From: Octopus sinensis
Lineage: Eukaryota
Reading direction: 5' to 3'
NCBI RefSeq assembly: GCF_006345805.1
Contig: NC_042999.1
Coordinates: 101,060,001-101,124,000 of the forward strand
Length of the DNA: 64,000 bases
Part shown: one piece after another, positions 40,155 to 53,906 of the stretch
Numbering within the stretch: position 1 is the stretch's first letter
How the letters are laid out: each line of letters begins with the position of its first letter
The notes under the pieces: model-generated
What the model was told of the DNA's origin: nothing
Databases searched by the model: none
Seen by the model: the letters and a program-made list of their open reading frames with translations, nothing else
Position numbers and translations under genes: made by a program

Positions 40155-40319
40155 CTTTTGATCATCAGGTGACCAAACACCACAAGTTATAGAGGCATTG
40201 TCCAAATTCAGCATGGATGACCAATATCGTTGCCCAGCAACAGATCCCACAAGTACAAAACCATCCCAGTAGCATATAAGTGCCATACGGCCATCATGTG
40301 ACCATGCAAAGTCAGTGAC
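40155..40319 (-). CDS. TULP4: Internal coding exon of Tubby-related protein 4 (WD40 region), 165 bp, phase 0/0
   Basis: Flanked by TTTATTTATAG| and |GTAAAA; translates VTDFAWSHDGRMALICYWDGFVLVGSVAGQRYWSSMLNLDNASITCGVWSPDDQK, which I recognise as matching TULP4 VSDFTWSHDG..DGFVLVGSVSGQRHWSS..ITCGIWTPDDQQ. Confidence 0.92.
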
Positions 40320-43300
40320 CTATAAATAAATAAATTAATTAATTAAAACAAACATGTTAAGTGAGAACAAGATAAGTTGATATCACTATAAACCCACAAT
40401 TGAAATTTAAGTCAATAAATTTGCAGTCAGGCTGATAAAGAACCATCAACATGGCTTTGTGCAGCTCAAGTCAAAAGCAAGATACTTTGGTAAATCAATT
40501 ACAATGTGGAATCTGATAGTACAAATTATATATCATTGAAACTGTTTTATGGTTTGTAAGAAATCCATATGAGTTAGTTATAAATGTAATTATCCAAAAC
40601 AGGAATCTAAAATGGTTTGGGTAGAGGATGCATAACTAAAGCTGATATCTGATTAATGCATCTGTTAGTAAAATAGAGTTCGAATAGAAATTCAATTTTT
40701 TTTTTAACTTCCACAAGTATACATGATTTCAAGATTGAATTAGCAAAACACAAATCTTATATCCTTGAACACAAGGTTTGATTGATTGTATTCTCCATAA
40801 CAGACACTATATGGCAAATGGTTTCATTTTGGTGCAAAAAAAACATAATGGAATTTTTTTCCTTAAAACTGTAATTGAAGAAAGGTAAATCTAAATCTAA
40901 TTAGAATAACCAAATTTCTTTAATTTATCTATTTGATAACCCATCAGTTCATCAGTTGTCCTATGTGCCTACACTGCTGTAACTATAGTGCAGGTATGGT
41001 AAACAGCATCTGGGTACTGAAACAACAGTGAAACAATTTTTCAACATGATAGCTTAACCTGAAATAGGTAGCATCCATAACATTCTCTCAAATTACACCC
41101 AATCATCTTAAAGAAAAAAAAGGAAAGGATCCACATTATAATACCTTCTTAGATATACTATATCTGAAACAAAGATGGACCATATCTTATATGCTTTTAA
41201 TTATAGGTCTGTTTGAACAGAGTTCATACAGAACTATAACAAACATTATCTAGTAATGAGATTAAGGCAAAAATAAGGCCAACATTACATTCAATCTCAG
41301 GACTGTATAAAGAAACACCTTTCTGTCTCTATCATATATTTTGTGAGCTGTTTTAAATATTGCATGTATTTCAAGAATACAAGGATGACTGAATAGTTAA
41401 CAAATTTGTTTTACAATAATAAGGTTCCAACCTCAACAGCACTGTGCAGTATCTTGAAAAATGTATCTTCTATGACAGCTTCAAGTCATCTTGAGGATTA
41501 TGTTCAGTGGCCATACAATAGTAAGATCACTTTCACTATAAATTCGATAGTAGGCAGTTCAGCTGATTGAATAATTAGAATACTTAGCAATAAAAAACCA
41601 ATGGAAGTCCATCTCTTAATAATGTTTGCTTCAATTTTTTAAAGGTTTATAAGGTACCAGCCCTATGCTTAAGTTCTGACCAACTTAGTAGAATATGATT
41701 TTAGTATTATAATTCTACTTCAACAATAAAAGATTCATGAGCAAACAACAGCCAAATTTCTCTCAAATGACACCCTGCTATCCTACAAAAAAGTAAAGAC
41801 ACACTGGACAATGTAGTCCTTAATATACAAATAAATAGAATTGTCATGATTTCAATGCCTTTATTTATAAATCTGCTTGATCAGTTTTGAGTGAATTAAC
41901 ACCAGCAGCAACAACTAAAAGATTTAGTTAAAAGCCAATGAAGGAGCCTGTATGTGGTCACTTGACTTGCTAAAAACAGCAACCAAATCTCCCTCATGCT
42001 ACATCTAACCATCTTAAAGAAAGGACACACTGGATAATGTATTCCAACACACTCCTAAAAAGATAGCAAATATAGCTGAAACACTTGTGATCCGGTCAGA
42101 TCAGAAGTGACCTGGGCTGAATACCACCAATAACAATGCACAGTCTGCTAGAAATAGCAGCCTAAACTCCCTCAAATGACATGCTATATTCTGAAATAAG
42201 GAAAGGTACATTCAATAATCTAGTCTTAGATATGTTACATCAGAAAATAAGGTAGGAAGGTCAATGTTTGACCACCATTGATCATAGAGCTACTGGATAA
42301 GGGCTGACATGGTGCTAAACACCACCAGCAATAAACTCAATAAATGTAAGATTGAGGCTCCAATTTGATAGTGTTTAACATTTTACCATACTACAGTGCT
42401 TTATTAATCATTATAAAGAAACATAAAGAAATTATAAGAAAAGCTTTCTGTAGCATTAATAAATGAACTGGTTGTAAGAATGAGAAAATTAGAATTGTTT
42501 CACCTGCTTTATGAGACCAGCAATTTATTCATAGCTAATTTGATAAACTGAGGATATGTAGAATTAAGCCAAGACACCTTGCCATAATAGAAACATAAAT
42601 CTACATAAGTTGCTGATAAATTCCAGGTAACACATGCGAGGCCAGTATGAAAGCAAGAGTTCATTATTTAAGATTAGAAATGCCACCAACAATCCTATGA
42701 TGTAAATATTAAATTTGATTGAAAAGAATGAAACATGGTCGATAAAGAATGAAACAAAGAAACAAGTTGATGCACATGGGTAACATAATTGATTATGGGA
42801 AGATTTCATAAACAGTAAGTCAATCAAGTTCTGGTAAGGTCCCAGATCAAGATGGACTACTCACAGAATTCTTAAAAGTAGGAGGTAACACTGTGACATT
42901 TGTAATACATAGAATAATTATTGCTTGTTAGGAAGGAACTCTGATTCCACATTACTGGCTTGACGGCATTTTGTGTTCATTTATAAAGGCAAAAGACCTG
43001 ACATATGTCCTATAATTTTACCAGATATTCAATCTAGCTTTCGAGTGAGCAGAGGGACAATGGACGTGATTTTCTTGGCTAAGCAGCAACTTCAAGAGAA
43101 GTGTATTGAATATCAAGTGTCACTCTTTCAGGAAGCTTCAATAGAGAAGCTTTGTAGATGATCCTTCACAAGACTTATGCTCATGTTCAAAGAACTGCAC
43201 TGCAATACAAAAACCAGGACTGTATTTACTGGAGAACCTTCAGAAGAGGTTGTTATTGACAATGGAGCAAAACAAAGTGTCATCTGGACACCAACATTGT

Positions 43301-43746
43301 TCACAACATATTTCACTATGCTGCTAGATAATTCTTTTCAAAACTATGATAAAGGTGTAAATATAAAATTTTGAACTTCAGGAAAGATTTTCAATTTATG
43401 ATATTTCAATAGTAAATCAATGACATTTCTGGCTCTAATTAGAAAACTTTAGTATTCAGACAATGCTAACTTTGTAGCACATACAAAATATAGGTCATAA
43501 TGGACAAATTTTCTGTTGCATGCATTGCCTTTATTCTAACTTAAGTTTAAAAAAAAGGCCAAGGTGATGTTCATGCTGGTACCTGGTGAATACTATGTGG
43601 AATCTAATATCTACAGTGGTTCTATTAAATTTAAGAATGCTAGTATACTAATGTTAAAATGGCATTTTTTTATATATTCAATTTGACAACCTTTAAGTAT
43701 GGTATACAACTTTACAGCGTAACATCAACATATTAATTTTAAATTA

Positions 43747-43980
43747 ACGATGCCGGTGGCACATAAAAAGCACCGATCATGGCCGTTTGCCAGCCTCGTC
43801 TGGCACATAAAAAGTACCCACTACACTCACAGAGTGGTTGGCGTTAGGAAGGGCATCCAGCCATAGAAACATTGCCAGATCAGACTGGGCCTGGTGCAGC
43901 CTTCTTGCTTCCCAGACCTCAGTTGAACCATCCAACCCATGCTAGCATGGAAACAGACGCTAAACGATGATGATGATGAT
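43747..43980 (+). mobile_element. Short RTE-tail element (SINE or truncated LINE) nested in the Tc1 relic
   Basis: GTGGTTGGCGTTAGGAAGGGCATCCAG..CCCATGCTAGCATGGAAA..(GAT)n; further copies at 35750-35920(-), 52040-52230(+), 52885-53080(-), 53325-53600(-) and 54730-55025(+). Confidence 0.8.
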
Positions 43981-44230
43981 AACTCTTAATTATTATAATT
44001 TATAGTGCCATTTAATTTCAGAACAATTTGTAAAATTTCATTTGTTCGCGTTAAAAAGTTTATTCTGAGATCAACAAAAAAACAATAAGCTCACATAATC
44101 AGTATTTGGTTGGGTATCCAAAATTACTTAATACAGCTTTGCATCTGCGAAACATAGAATTGTTCAGATAATTTATCACTGTTCCTGAGATTTTTTCTCA
44201 ATTTTGGGTAATAATGTTTAAAAAATCATC

Positions 44231-44390
44231 CAAAAGGCAGCATGCTCATTTAAAATATACTTTGAGAAAGGGAACTATCATGGATGTGCCAGATGTGAAT
44301 AAGAGCTGAAAATGCAGTCCTAGTGACTGATGTCTCCTATTAAAAGCTGGCTACATAAAGCACATGAAATTACACAGTAATTTGCAAAAC
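44231..44390 (+). repeat. 160-bp copy of 45241-45400 inserted into the Tc1 reading frame
   Basis: Near-identical direct repeat about 1010 bp from its source; both copies begin and end with CAAAA. Confidence 0.85.
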
Positions 44391-46404
44391 TTGGCTTTCT
44401 ACTTTGCACAGCTCTACCCAACATTTCCCAAAGACTTTCTATGGGATTTAGGTTGAGCGACTGCATCAGCCACTGCATCAACTGAACTCTCTTAGATCTA
44501 ATGTAATCTCTGACTAGGTGCAAGGTGTGTTTCAGGTCGTTGTCATGTTGGGAAGTGCAAGATCAGCCCAAATGCTTTCAAGCCTATAGAAGCATAGTCT
44601 TATCCAATATTTCTAGATAGAACTTACTATCCATAATGCCCTTGATTCGGATTATAGGACCGACACCTTTTCCAGACATGCACCCCCACACCATCACACT
44701 TCCACCACTGTGCTTTTAATTATACTGAGAATCAAGAAAGCAAGTACAGCCTTTGACAAACTTGAGGAAAGGTTATATTCAAATAGAGGTATGACAGCTC
44801 ATACAAAAATCAGTCTTTATAAGACATGCATATTGACACCACTCTTGTATGCTTCTGAAAATTGGACTACTCATAGTAGGCATGTAAAGATACTTAAAAG
44901 ATTCCACCAGAAATGCCCCAGAAGAATATTAAAGACTAAATAGGAAGATTTGCTATTAGACACAAAAATATTTCAGAAGGCTGTGTCTCTGTCTACTGGG
45001 CATGCTTAGTACAAAATCAAATATGATAGGCAGAGTGCCTTGTACATATGTCAGGTGTTATTTTTTGGGAATTGACAATTTGATCTATGACAACAACATA
45101 ACCCCAAGAAATAGTACATGGACTACATTCAGGACAACTTTATGAAATTGAAAATAAATGTTAATTCCAGAAAGAGAAAGTGATTGAGAAAATGGATGGA
45201 AGTCTCTGGTGAAAGAAGGTATTGTGAGCTTTGAGCTAGCCAAAAGGCAGCATGCTCATTTAAAATATACTTTGAGAAAGGGAACTATCATGGATGTGCC
45301 AAATGTGAATAAGAGCTGGAAATGCAGTCCTAGTGACTGATGTCTCCTATTAAAAGCTGGCTACATAAGGCACATGAAATCATGGAGTAATTTGCAAAAC
45401 TAAGATGCATCTAACAATGTTTTGCCACCATTTTATAATAACTACATCTGTGTGGTATGCGGAAAATTTCTTACAGTAACTCTGGTTTGAAAAGGCACAT
45501 GAAAATACATAAGAATACCACACAAGTAAGTTATACAAACTCTATCTTATCTCTCACATATTTGAAGCCTTGCAGATCAACGGCCAGTCCTCAGAGTCAT
45601 CTCAGAGCACATAAACATAATGAAGATTATCAAGATGATGTAGATCAACTGAAACAGCTATTATCTGTTGAGATGAAGTGATTATCATATATATACATGT
45701 GTACACACACACACACACACATGCCCACACAGATGTAGGGTGGTGGAAGTAGAACTCATTATTACATATATCATTACCCTTATTGTTTTGTCAGTTATTA
45801 TTACTCCGCCCCGAAGCACTTTTTACTACCCTCCATTCTTATCACTGTCCACTCACCATTCTTGCCTACCCTTCCAAATCCCTCTGTCAACATCCTCTTT
45901 CTATTCACCTCATTGGACATGTTACCTTGAAAGTTTACTCTGGCTCCTTGATGCCTTTATCATCTTTATTTCTCTCTCTAACACCTCTTCATCCAATACC
46001 ATATACATTGCAAAGGTATTTAACAGTACCACACTGTGGTTCAAATCCAGAACCATCATAAAGTGACCTCTTTAGCCACATCATGTTTGGCATTAAAGCG
46101 AACTCTCTATTGATCTATCAGTTACACACTCTCTCTCTCTATGTTGTCTTATTTGTTACATACACATTCTGCCAATCTTATTCTTTTACTCACCATCTGT
46201 CATACTTTTTCAGCCTCTATTTCAGTATTTCACCCACTCTCTCTATCTCTTTTTTCAATGTAGCCTAGGATACTGAGTAAAAGTGCATGAATTGTGTCTG
46301 TAAGTCTGCATGTATGTCTATGTCTGTATGATTGTGTGTACATATATATTTTTGTATGCATATATCTGTATATGTGCAAATGTGAGTGAATGAGAGAGTA
46401 AGAG

Positions 46405-46441
<37 letters not shown>

Positions 46442-47250
46442 ATGCGTGTGTGTGTGTGTGCGCGTACTGAGACACACATATCTGCTTGCAACATCAAACT
46501 GATTGTGATTGACTGTGACAGTTTTTCATATAAATAAACATTATTTCTAAATTTATTACAGTCTTTTTGTGTAAACCTGAGATTATCTATCATTATTGTT
46601 ATTATTGTTGTCGTTTTCATTTAATCCCAGGTCAGCTCTGACCGAGCAAGTCTATGACCAATCGCAGTCATAGCCATATCATCCTTTATTCAGACATATA
46701 TATCTTGCACTAAATTACCAAATGGTGGATGTACATCATTCAACGATGAGACTTTGAAGGAGATTTGGCTGCCATTTCTAACAAGTTGAGTGAGCATGTA
46801 GAGCTCCCTCATGGACTTATAAATGGCTATTGTTATTCCAGTAAGTAAGAAGAGCAATAATTTACATCATTTGTTATCATTCAATAAGACATCATATATG
46901 TTGGTCACAAAGGCACAGTTAGCCAAATGGTTATGAAGTTCACTTTGCAACAATGAGGTCATGAGTTCAATCTCATTACATGACATTTTGGTCAAAAGTG
47001 AGTGAAACTGAGTAGACAGAAGCTGTATAGAAATTCATCACTTAGTTTGCACCTGCAACTCAAACAGGTACAACCTTGTCACACCTTGTGTAACACTGAC
47101 CTTGTTTGAGAATTACGTTAAAGGTACATGCCTGTGGAATGCTCAGCCACTTACACATTAATTCAAGAATCTTCATTGTTGAACAATATGAGATCCATCA
47201 TTTTATCACATAATTCAGTAAGAAGTTAAATACATATTGTTATAAATGTT

Positions 47251-47650
47251 TGTGGCTGTGTGGTAAGTAGCTTGCTTATGAACCACATGGTTCTGGGTTC
47301 AGTCCAACTGTGTGGCACCTTGGGCAAGTGTCTTCTACTATAGCCTTGGGCCGACCAAAGCCTTGTGAGTGGATTTGGTAGATGGAAACTGAAAGAAGCC
47401 TATTGTATATATGTATATATATATGTGTGTGTGTGTGTTTGTGTATCTGTGTTTGTCCCCGCCCAACATCGCTTGACAACCGATGGTGGTGTGATTACGT
47501 CCCCATAACTTAGCGGTTCGGCAAAAGAGACCGATAGAATAAGTACTAGGTTTACAAAGAATAAGTCCTGGGGTCGATTTGCTCAACTAAAGGTGGTGCT
47601 CCGGCATGGCCACAGTCAAATGACTGAAACAAGTAAAAGAGAGTAAAAGA
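47251..47650 (+). mobile_element. Full-length tRNA-derived SINE (7703 family)
   Basis: TGGCTGTGTGGTAAG head, CCTTGGGCAAGTGTCTTC, internal TA/TG tract, GAAACAAGTAAAAGAGAGTAAAAGA tail. Confidence 0.85.
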
Positions 47651-50329
47651 GCTTAATTACAAGAGAAAGAACAACATCCATCACCCTTTTCAGGGTCTTT
47701 GAAACTGGTGTATGGAAGCAAGAGAGGGATTTATCTTCAGATCAGAGACCAGGCCTAAATGTTTACAAGAGTAGAATATGTTAAAGTTATCCAAAAAGCT
47801 AGGTAGTTAGGTTAAATTAGGTAATGTATTTAAATATATCACTTCACAACAGCTCTTCCAATAAGTTTTAGACAGGTTTCTGTACTGTTACCATCTATCA
47901 AATTTCAGTTATAAGGTTTTGGTTGACCAGAACACAGTTGCCCAAAGCAGTATCAGTAAATGAAATTCAAAACTACACAGGTTTAAAGCAAATTCATAAC
48001 CACATAGTCATGTCTACACCAAGTGAAGAGTTTATATCAGCTTCAACTTACAAATGTCTGTTTTCCATTATTCACTTTTATAATATGCTTTGTATTTTAT
48101 AGAGAGAGGTCTTATAGATGTTGACAAAAATCTTACAAAGCTGATATTTGCAGTTCTTATATTTAAGTTGAATAAAGTAATCTTTATTGAATAACTAAAG
48201 CTGAAACAAAGAGAATAATTAAGCATTCCCCATATTTTGTAACAAGTTGTTATTTAGGTCCATATCAGGTCCAATAAGTGCTGACTTATTATCAAAGACA
48301 TGAGCATACAATCATTGTGTTGTCCGTTATAGTATATCTAGGACATCCCAATAAGATGAGCTATATAATTGCATTTTGTACTAGGCAAAATAATTGCATA
48401 GAGATGGAAAATGTATTTCCTTTTACTTTTTTAAGTAACATCTTACTAATTTAGATTAGGTTTAACTTTTGGTAAGACAACTAAATTTTTTTATTTTTCA
48501 CTTTTTGAAAATTTAAACTACTATACTTTCCATCATTAAAACGTCCAATGATTTTGTATTTCAAAAGTAAAGTAATATGTCTTATAATTGTATTTGGTTA
48601 ATTCTTAGTTGAATTTCTCACATCATCATATAGATACCAATTTCAGCCAAACAGTAATTAGTAACGATGCTGCTCCAAAAAGGCTGTAAAGACCAAGTAC
48701 ATTGATAATCTAGTATGAACGAAGCATTTGTGAAAAGTAAATATTCATAGAAAAGGCAGTTATGTCAAAGCTAATCTCATGTGCCTGGACTAGAAATAGA
48801 ATGAACTATTACTAAACTGTGTAAACATACAAATATACATACACAAGCCAACAGTTGCACATGCACGCACACACACAAAAACATAAATACATGAAAAAAA
48901 GATTATACATTTGTCCTCAAATACACACACACACACGTGCGCACACACATATACACAATGGTGTATGTGTATGCCTTCCCAGATACATATACAAACACAT
49001 TTGAACAAGAGAGTACACACATGCTTCCCCTGCTTCTTACACACACACACACACACACACACATAGACTTGTGATCTACAGAGTGAGGAATTTACTAACT
49101 TTTCTACTGCAAAGGATAAAATAAAATTACTGCCATTGAACTTCTTTCTATTACTTTTACAAGACAAAAGTGCTTACGCTAGGATCTTTGTAGTTAACTT
49201 ACCTACCGGTTTAAAAATTGAATATGTTCCAAATTAGAACAAAACTTACCACATCCTATAAAAAATATTTGTAATTAACATGATGATTTCTATCCCAAGG
49301 AAGGATACAATACAATATAATGATTAAAGTCAAAACAAACAATCACTTTAAATATCACATGTAGTTTTAAATATCACATAAATATACTATAAAACACAAT
49401 CTTATCAAAAAAGACTTACTAAAGAAAATTTTGAAATGTCTATTATTTTAAGAAAGCTAAGCATATATCAATACAGCAGAGAAAAACCCTCACACAAAAG
49501 AGAGAAATTAAAAACAGCCCATTAACTACTTAAGATAACATTAAGTCATCCAATGGAATCCACCTCTTTTCAAGTCATTGATAACAGTTGAACCCACAGA
49601 CCTACTTACACAACTGAACCATATGAGTTAAAATCAGGAGCTTAAAGCAATTTGCAGTTAACATTCCAAGAAGCTACCAACACTTGATGACAATTAAAGA
49701 ACTATTTTATTAGTTTTAATATTGGAATGTTGTTGCCATACTGAAGCATTTCTTTCAAGTGTTTTAGTTGATTATTATATGATATATATTTTACCAACCT
49801 TTATTTATGCAAAACCTAAGTTACCATTTTTGACATAAAATGATGCAACTCTAAACATAATTTCCACCAGCAAAAACATACACAAAAACATGGACACAAG
49901 CTTACACACATATGCCAGCCCCCTCCCAAATTTATTATAGTTCCCCAAGCTATAACTGAGGAATTTAATACTAGTTGCTCTGAAAACTTCTGCAAGCTGA
50001 CAAATTAGCTCTAATAGTACAATCAGTAGAATTGAAGCTGAAGTTCCAGATAAAGAAATAATACCTGGAATTGAAAGGCATTAAAGTAAACTGAGGAAAA
50101 GTAAATTTTAGTGGGTAAGAAGGATGGGAAGACACTCATAGCATTGGGAATATGGCCATGTCCCACCTGCATAAAAGAAGTTGGTAGAAATTCTATGAGG
50201 CATGTGCATTGTAATCAGTGGAGATGCACACAACAGATGTAGTGAGATTCAAAGGCAGGCTAAAGTACATTGAAGCAGTAAGCACTAAGAGGGCTCAGGA
50301 AATAAATTCAGGAAATAGCAAGATGGGTC

Positions 50330-50930
50330 CCTAGAAATAGTTGGTAACTTTTGCTATCTATGAAACCAAGTTAGCAGTATAATTGGATGTTCTGAAAAAT
50401 ATGGGAGCTAGAATAAAAACAGGTTGAAGGGAGTTCAGGGAGTTATTAACTTTGCTAACAAAGGGCTTATCACTCAATATCAAAGGCAGATTATATGATT
50501 CTTGCCTACAAAGTGTGATGCTGCATCACAGCAAGACATGGATCTTGAATGCAGAAGATATGTGAAGGTTACAAAGAAATGAGGCAGACATGATTCATTG
50601 GATGAGGAATGTTTGTGTTTGTGTGTGTGAATGACAAAGTATGAATGAACTGCAAGAAAAGTGGATTTAAGTAGAGTAAGGTGTGCAAAATTTAAGTGAA
50701 GTCAGATGTTTTGGTATAAGCATATGATGTGAATGGATGATGGCAACTGCATAAACGAGTGCTGAGTACTTAAAGTAGAAGGACACTGAGGGAGACTTTG
50801 GGATGAGATGGTGAAAAAGAGATGACTGAAAACTGTATCAAGTGTTAATACATGCTGCTATGGAAGACCTGACCTCCTGCACAAGATTAGTGCAAGCAAC
50901 CCACCCTTATCAATTGATTTTGTGCACACA
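50330..50930 (+). mobile_element. Decayed RTE LINE 3' part
   Basis: GARIKTG*REFRELLTLLTKGLSLNIKGRLYDSCLQSVMLH.SKTW..RLQRNEADMIHWM. Confidence 0.7.
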
Positions 50931-53272
50931 ACCCCATCTATCATATGTCCATTCTATACCCTCATATCTCACCACTAGCTATTTTGTCAACCACTGTACC
51001 TACTCTTTAATTTTCTTATCTCTTCTCATCACCATGGCAATCATAACTGAAAGGAAAGTACTCAATTAGTACATAGTGAATATCTTCTTTCCCCACATCT
51101 CCATCATTTATATACTGCTGTCATTTTTTTTTCCATTCCTCCTAAATTTAAGGCTTGAGAGAGAAACCTTTATCTACTATCTTATCACTATGCTCTTTTG
51201 AATATGTTACCTTGAGGATATACCTTGACTCCACTTCTTCATTTTATCTCACCTCTGCACCACTCTACCCACCTATATATAATGCGAAGTAGCACTGCAT
51301 CTCCTTCTCCTAAATCCTCTCATCCTACTTCATAACTACTCTTATCAGTCGGAATCTCTGACACTATATTTTCCTTACACTCCCATTATTCCACATTCAT
51401 CTTATCTTGCTTCTGTGCACCACTTAACCCTCCCATGCTCCCATGAGGGTTAAGTGCTACATCTCCTCCCACTCAACCTTCCCCCATTGCTGCCTCTCTC
51501 TCTCTCTCTCTCTCTCTCTTCCCTCTCCCTCTTCCCTCCCCTCTCTCACAAATCTTGATGCTACTTTTCATTTTCCCTCCTATTTCTCCTTTCCCTTACA
51601 CTGCTACCACCCCCTCTCAACAATAAACCTGTGTAACTCCAAATTGAACAGTCTTGGACCCTAAAAATACCATCCAACCTATGTTAACATAGCAGAAAGA
51701 CAAACCCACCCCATCACCAGATTCATCTACTCAACCCATTACCATTAGCACTTTGTCCCCTTCCACTATTCTTCACATTAATCCCTGACGTTACTTTCTC
51801 CCTTCACACCTCCTGTGTCTCCATTACTACTATCCTAACACAGTTCCCTCAGTTATTCTCTTCATACCATCTTTTCACAATCAATTTATTCCTTCCATCA
51901 TGCTCTCTGTCACTCTGCAAGCTGACTCCTACAGTGCTTGTTTCACAAAAAGCACCTGATACATTCTGTGATTGGTAATCAATTAGAGCAGCAGGCTCTT
52001 TAGTCTACCTACTGATAGCTAGGTAACTTGTATAGTGTGATGCTATGAGAAATTGCACCCAATACACCCAGTGGAGTGGTTTATTTTAGGAAGGGCATCC
52101 AGCCACAGAAACTACAGCAAAAATGAATTATTGGAGCAAGACATGGTCCTCCAATCCTTTGAATGGTGCTGACTCATCTTATCCATGCCAGTATGGAAAG
52201 TAGACATGAGATGATGAAGATGATAACCACACACACATGCATGTGCACACGCACACATGCACACACACACACAATAGGCTTCTGTGCACTTTCTGTCAAC
52301 CAAATTTCATTCACAAGATATTGGTCAATCTGAAGCTAGAGAATGACAATTTCCAAGGTTCCTCACACTGAGGAAAAAAATCCCAAAACCATATGGTGGC
52401 AAATTAAACTTAACCCAAGAACTATTGTGAAAGAAACCACATTCTATTATGAGAAACAATTGCTTACACATTATGTAATATAAGAATTAATCCTCAACAG
52501 TAGAAGTAAGGAAACAAAAATATGCATAGGTTAATACATGAAATAAAATCAGTACATGAAATAATTCAGTAATAATTAATATACCACAAAATGAAGACAA
52601 AGATTTTTTTTTTAATATTAAAAATGTGATATAAACTATAAATGTAGTTCTATTTATCTGATGATTGTTAATACCAAGGTAACTTAGAACTATACTTTAA
52701 TGCTATTCAGCCATTTAATTACATAAGTGTTAAGTGGTGCACAATTTATATACTTCATTAGTACAAACAATAGTCAATTAACCCCAGAGCCAAGGACTTA
52801 TCATAATAATATATATCTATATCAATATAACTTAAATGCACATAATCACAGAAAATCTACAGAAAAATAATTTAATGGAATTACACACACACATCATCAT
52901 CATCATCATTATTTAGCGTCCGTTTTCCATGCTAGCATGGGTTGGACGGTTTAACTGGGGTCTGTGAAGCCGGAAGGCTTCATCAGGCCCAGTCAGATTT
53001 GGTAGTGTTTCTACGGCTAGATGCCCTTCCTAACGCCAACCACTCCGTGAGTATAGTGGGTGCTTTTTACGTGCCATGTATATATATATTTGCATCAAGC
53101 TTCTCATGTTCCTTCTTGCTTTTTTTCTCTTCCTTTTCATAGACCAGCATCCTAGTTTTCAGATAAGACTAACAGTATTACTTAGAGACACATGGTATGT
53201 TATATAACTCAACCAAATTATTATATCTCTACAGCATGAATAAGTAGCTCTTTTTAAATTCTGAATATATTA

Positions 53273-53327
<55 letters not shown>

Positions 53328-53619
53328 CATCAACATTTAATGTCCGCTTTCCATGCTGACATGGATTGGACGGTTTGACTGAGGACTGGTGAGCAAGAAG
53401 CTGCACCAGGCTCAATCTGATCTGGCAAAGTTTCTACAGCTGGATGCTGTTCCTAACGCCAACCACTCTGAGAGCATAGTGGGTGCTTTTACGTGTCACC
53501 GGCACATGGGTCAATCAGGTGGTTCTGGCAATGACCACGCTCAAAGGTGTTTTTACATGCTACCTGCACAGGAGCCAGACAAAAGAGCTATTAGAATGAC
53601 CACTATGTGAGGAGAGGGA

Positions 53620-53870
53620 GTAAAGTAAGGGCGTAAAAATGTCCATAGTATTTGTGTAAGCGTGCATGTCCATACCTACACATGTGTGCCCACACATCCA
53701 CGTACACGTGCCTATAAGTATATAACGGTCAATCATACAGTAATTTCCCTTTGTTTAATGGTCATTTTCATAGCATTTTTTTGATGGCCGGATAACTGAA
53801 GAGATGGCAGTGTGGGTTTCTGCTCCAACATCCGAAACTCAGAGTTTTATCATGGCTACTGAATAGTTGT

Positions 53871-53872
<2 letters not shown>
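53620..53872 (+). mobile_element. PLE terminal repeat (family X)
   Basis: Homolog of 6187-6300; 3' end runs into (TA)n at 53873. Confidence 0.65.
53791..53851 (+). ncRNA. Type-I HHR motif, intact core (family X)
   Basis: GATAA-CTGAAGA-GATG[..]CATC-C-GAAAC-TCAGA-GT-T-TTATC; same stems as 6224-6284, different stem II loop. Confidence 0.8.

Positions 53873-53897
<25 letters not shown>

Positions 53898-53906
<9 letters not shown>

Larger units (their letters stand above)
43614..44715 (-). mobile_element. Tc1-type transposon 3' fragment nested in the RTE
   Basis: TA|CAGTGG terminus at 43612-43619; QWLMQSLNLNPIESLW (cf. WP.QSPDLNPIENLW) and SMFRRCKAVLSNFGYPTKY*. Confidence 0.75.
42780..45520 (+). 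mobile_element. Decayed RTE-clade LINE (RT domain to C-terminal zinc finger), interrupted at 43614-44715
   Basis: GKVPDQDGLLTEFLKVGG, ILPDIQSSFRVSRGTMDVIF..QLQEKCIE, NGAKQSVIWTPTLF, RIKKASTAFDKL..LLYASENWT..KRFHQKC.RRIL, CGKF..NSGLKRHMKIH. Confidence 0.85.

Noticed and set aside
50930-51950. Long C/T-rich stretch, possibly a very old minus-strand LINE
   Set aside because: No motif could be read with confidence, so it is left unannotated.
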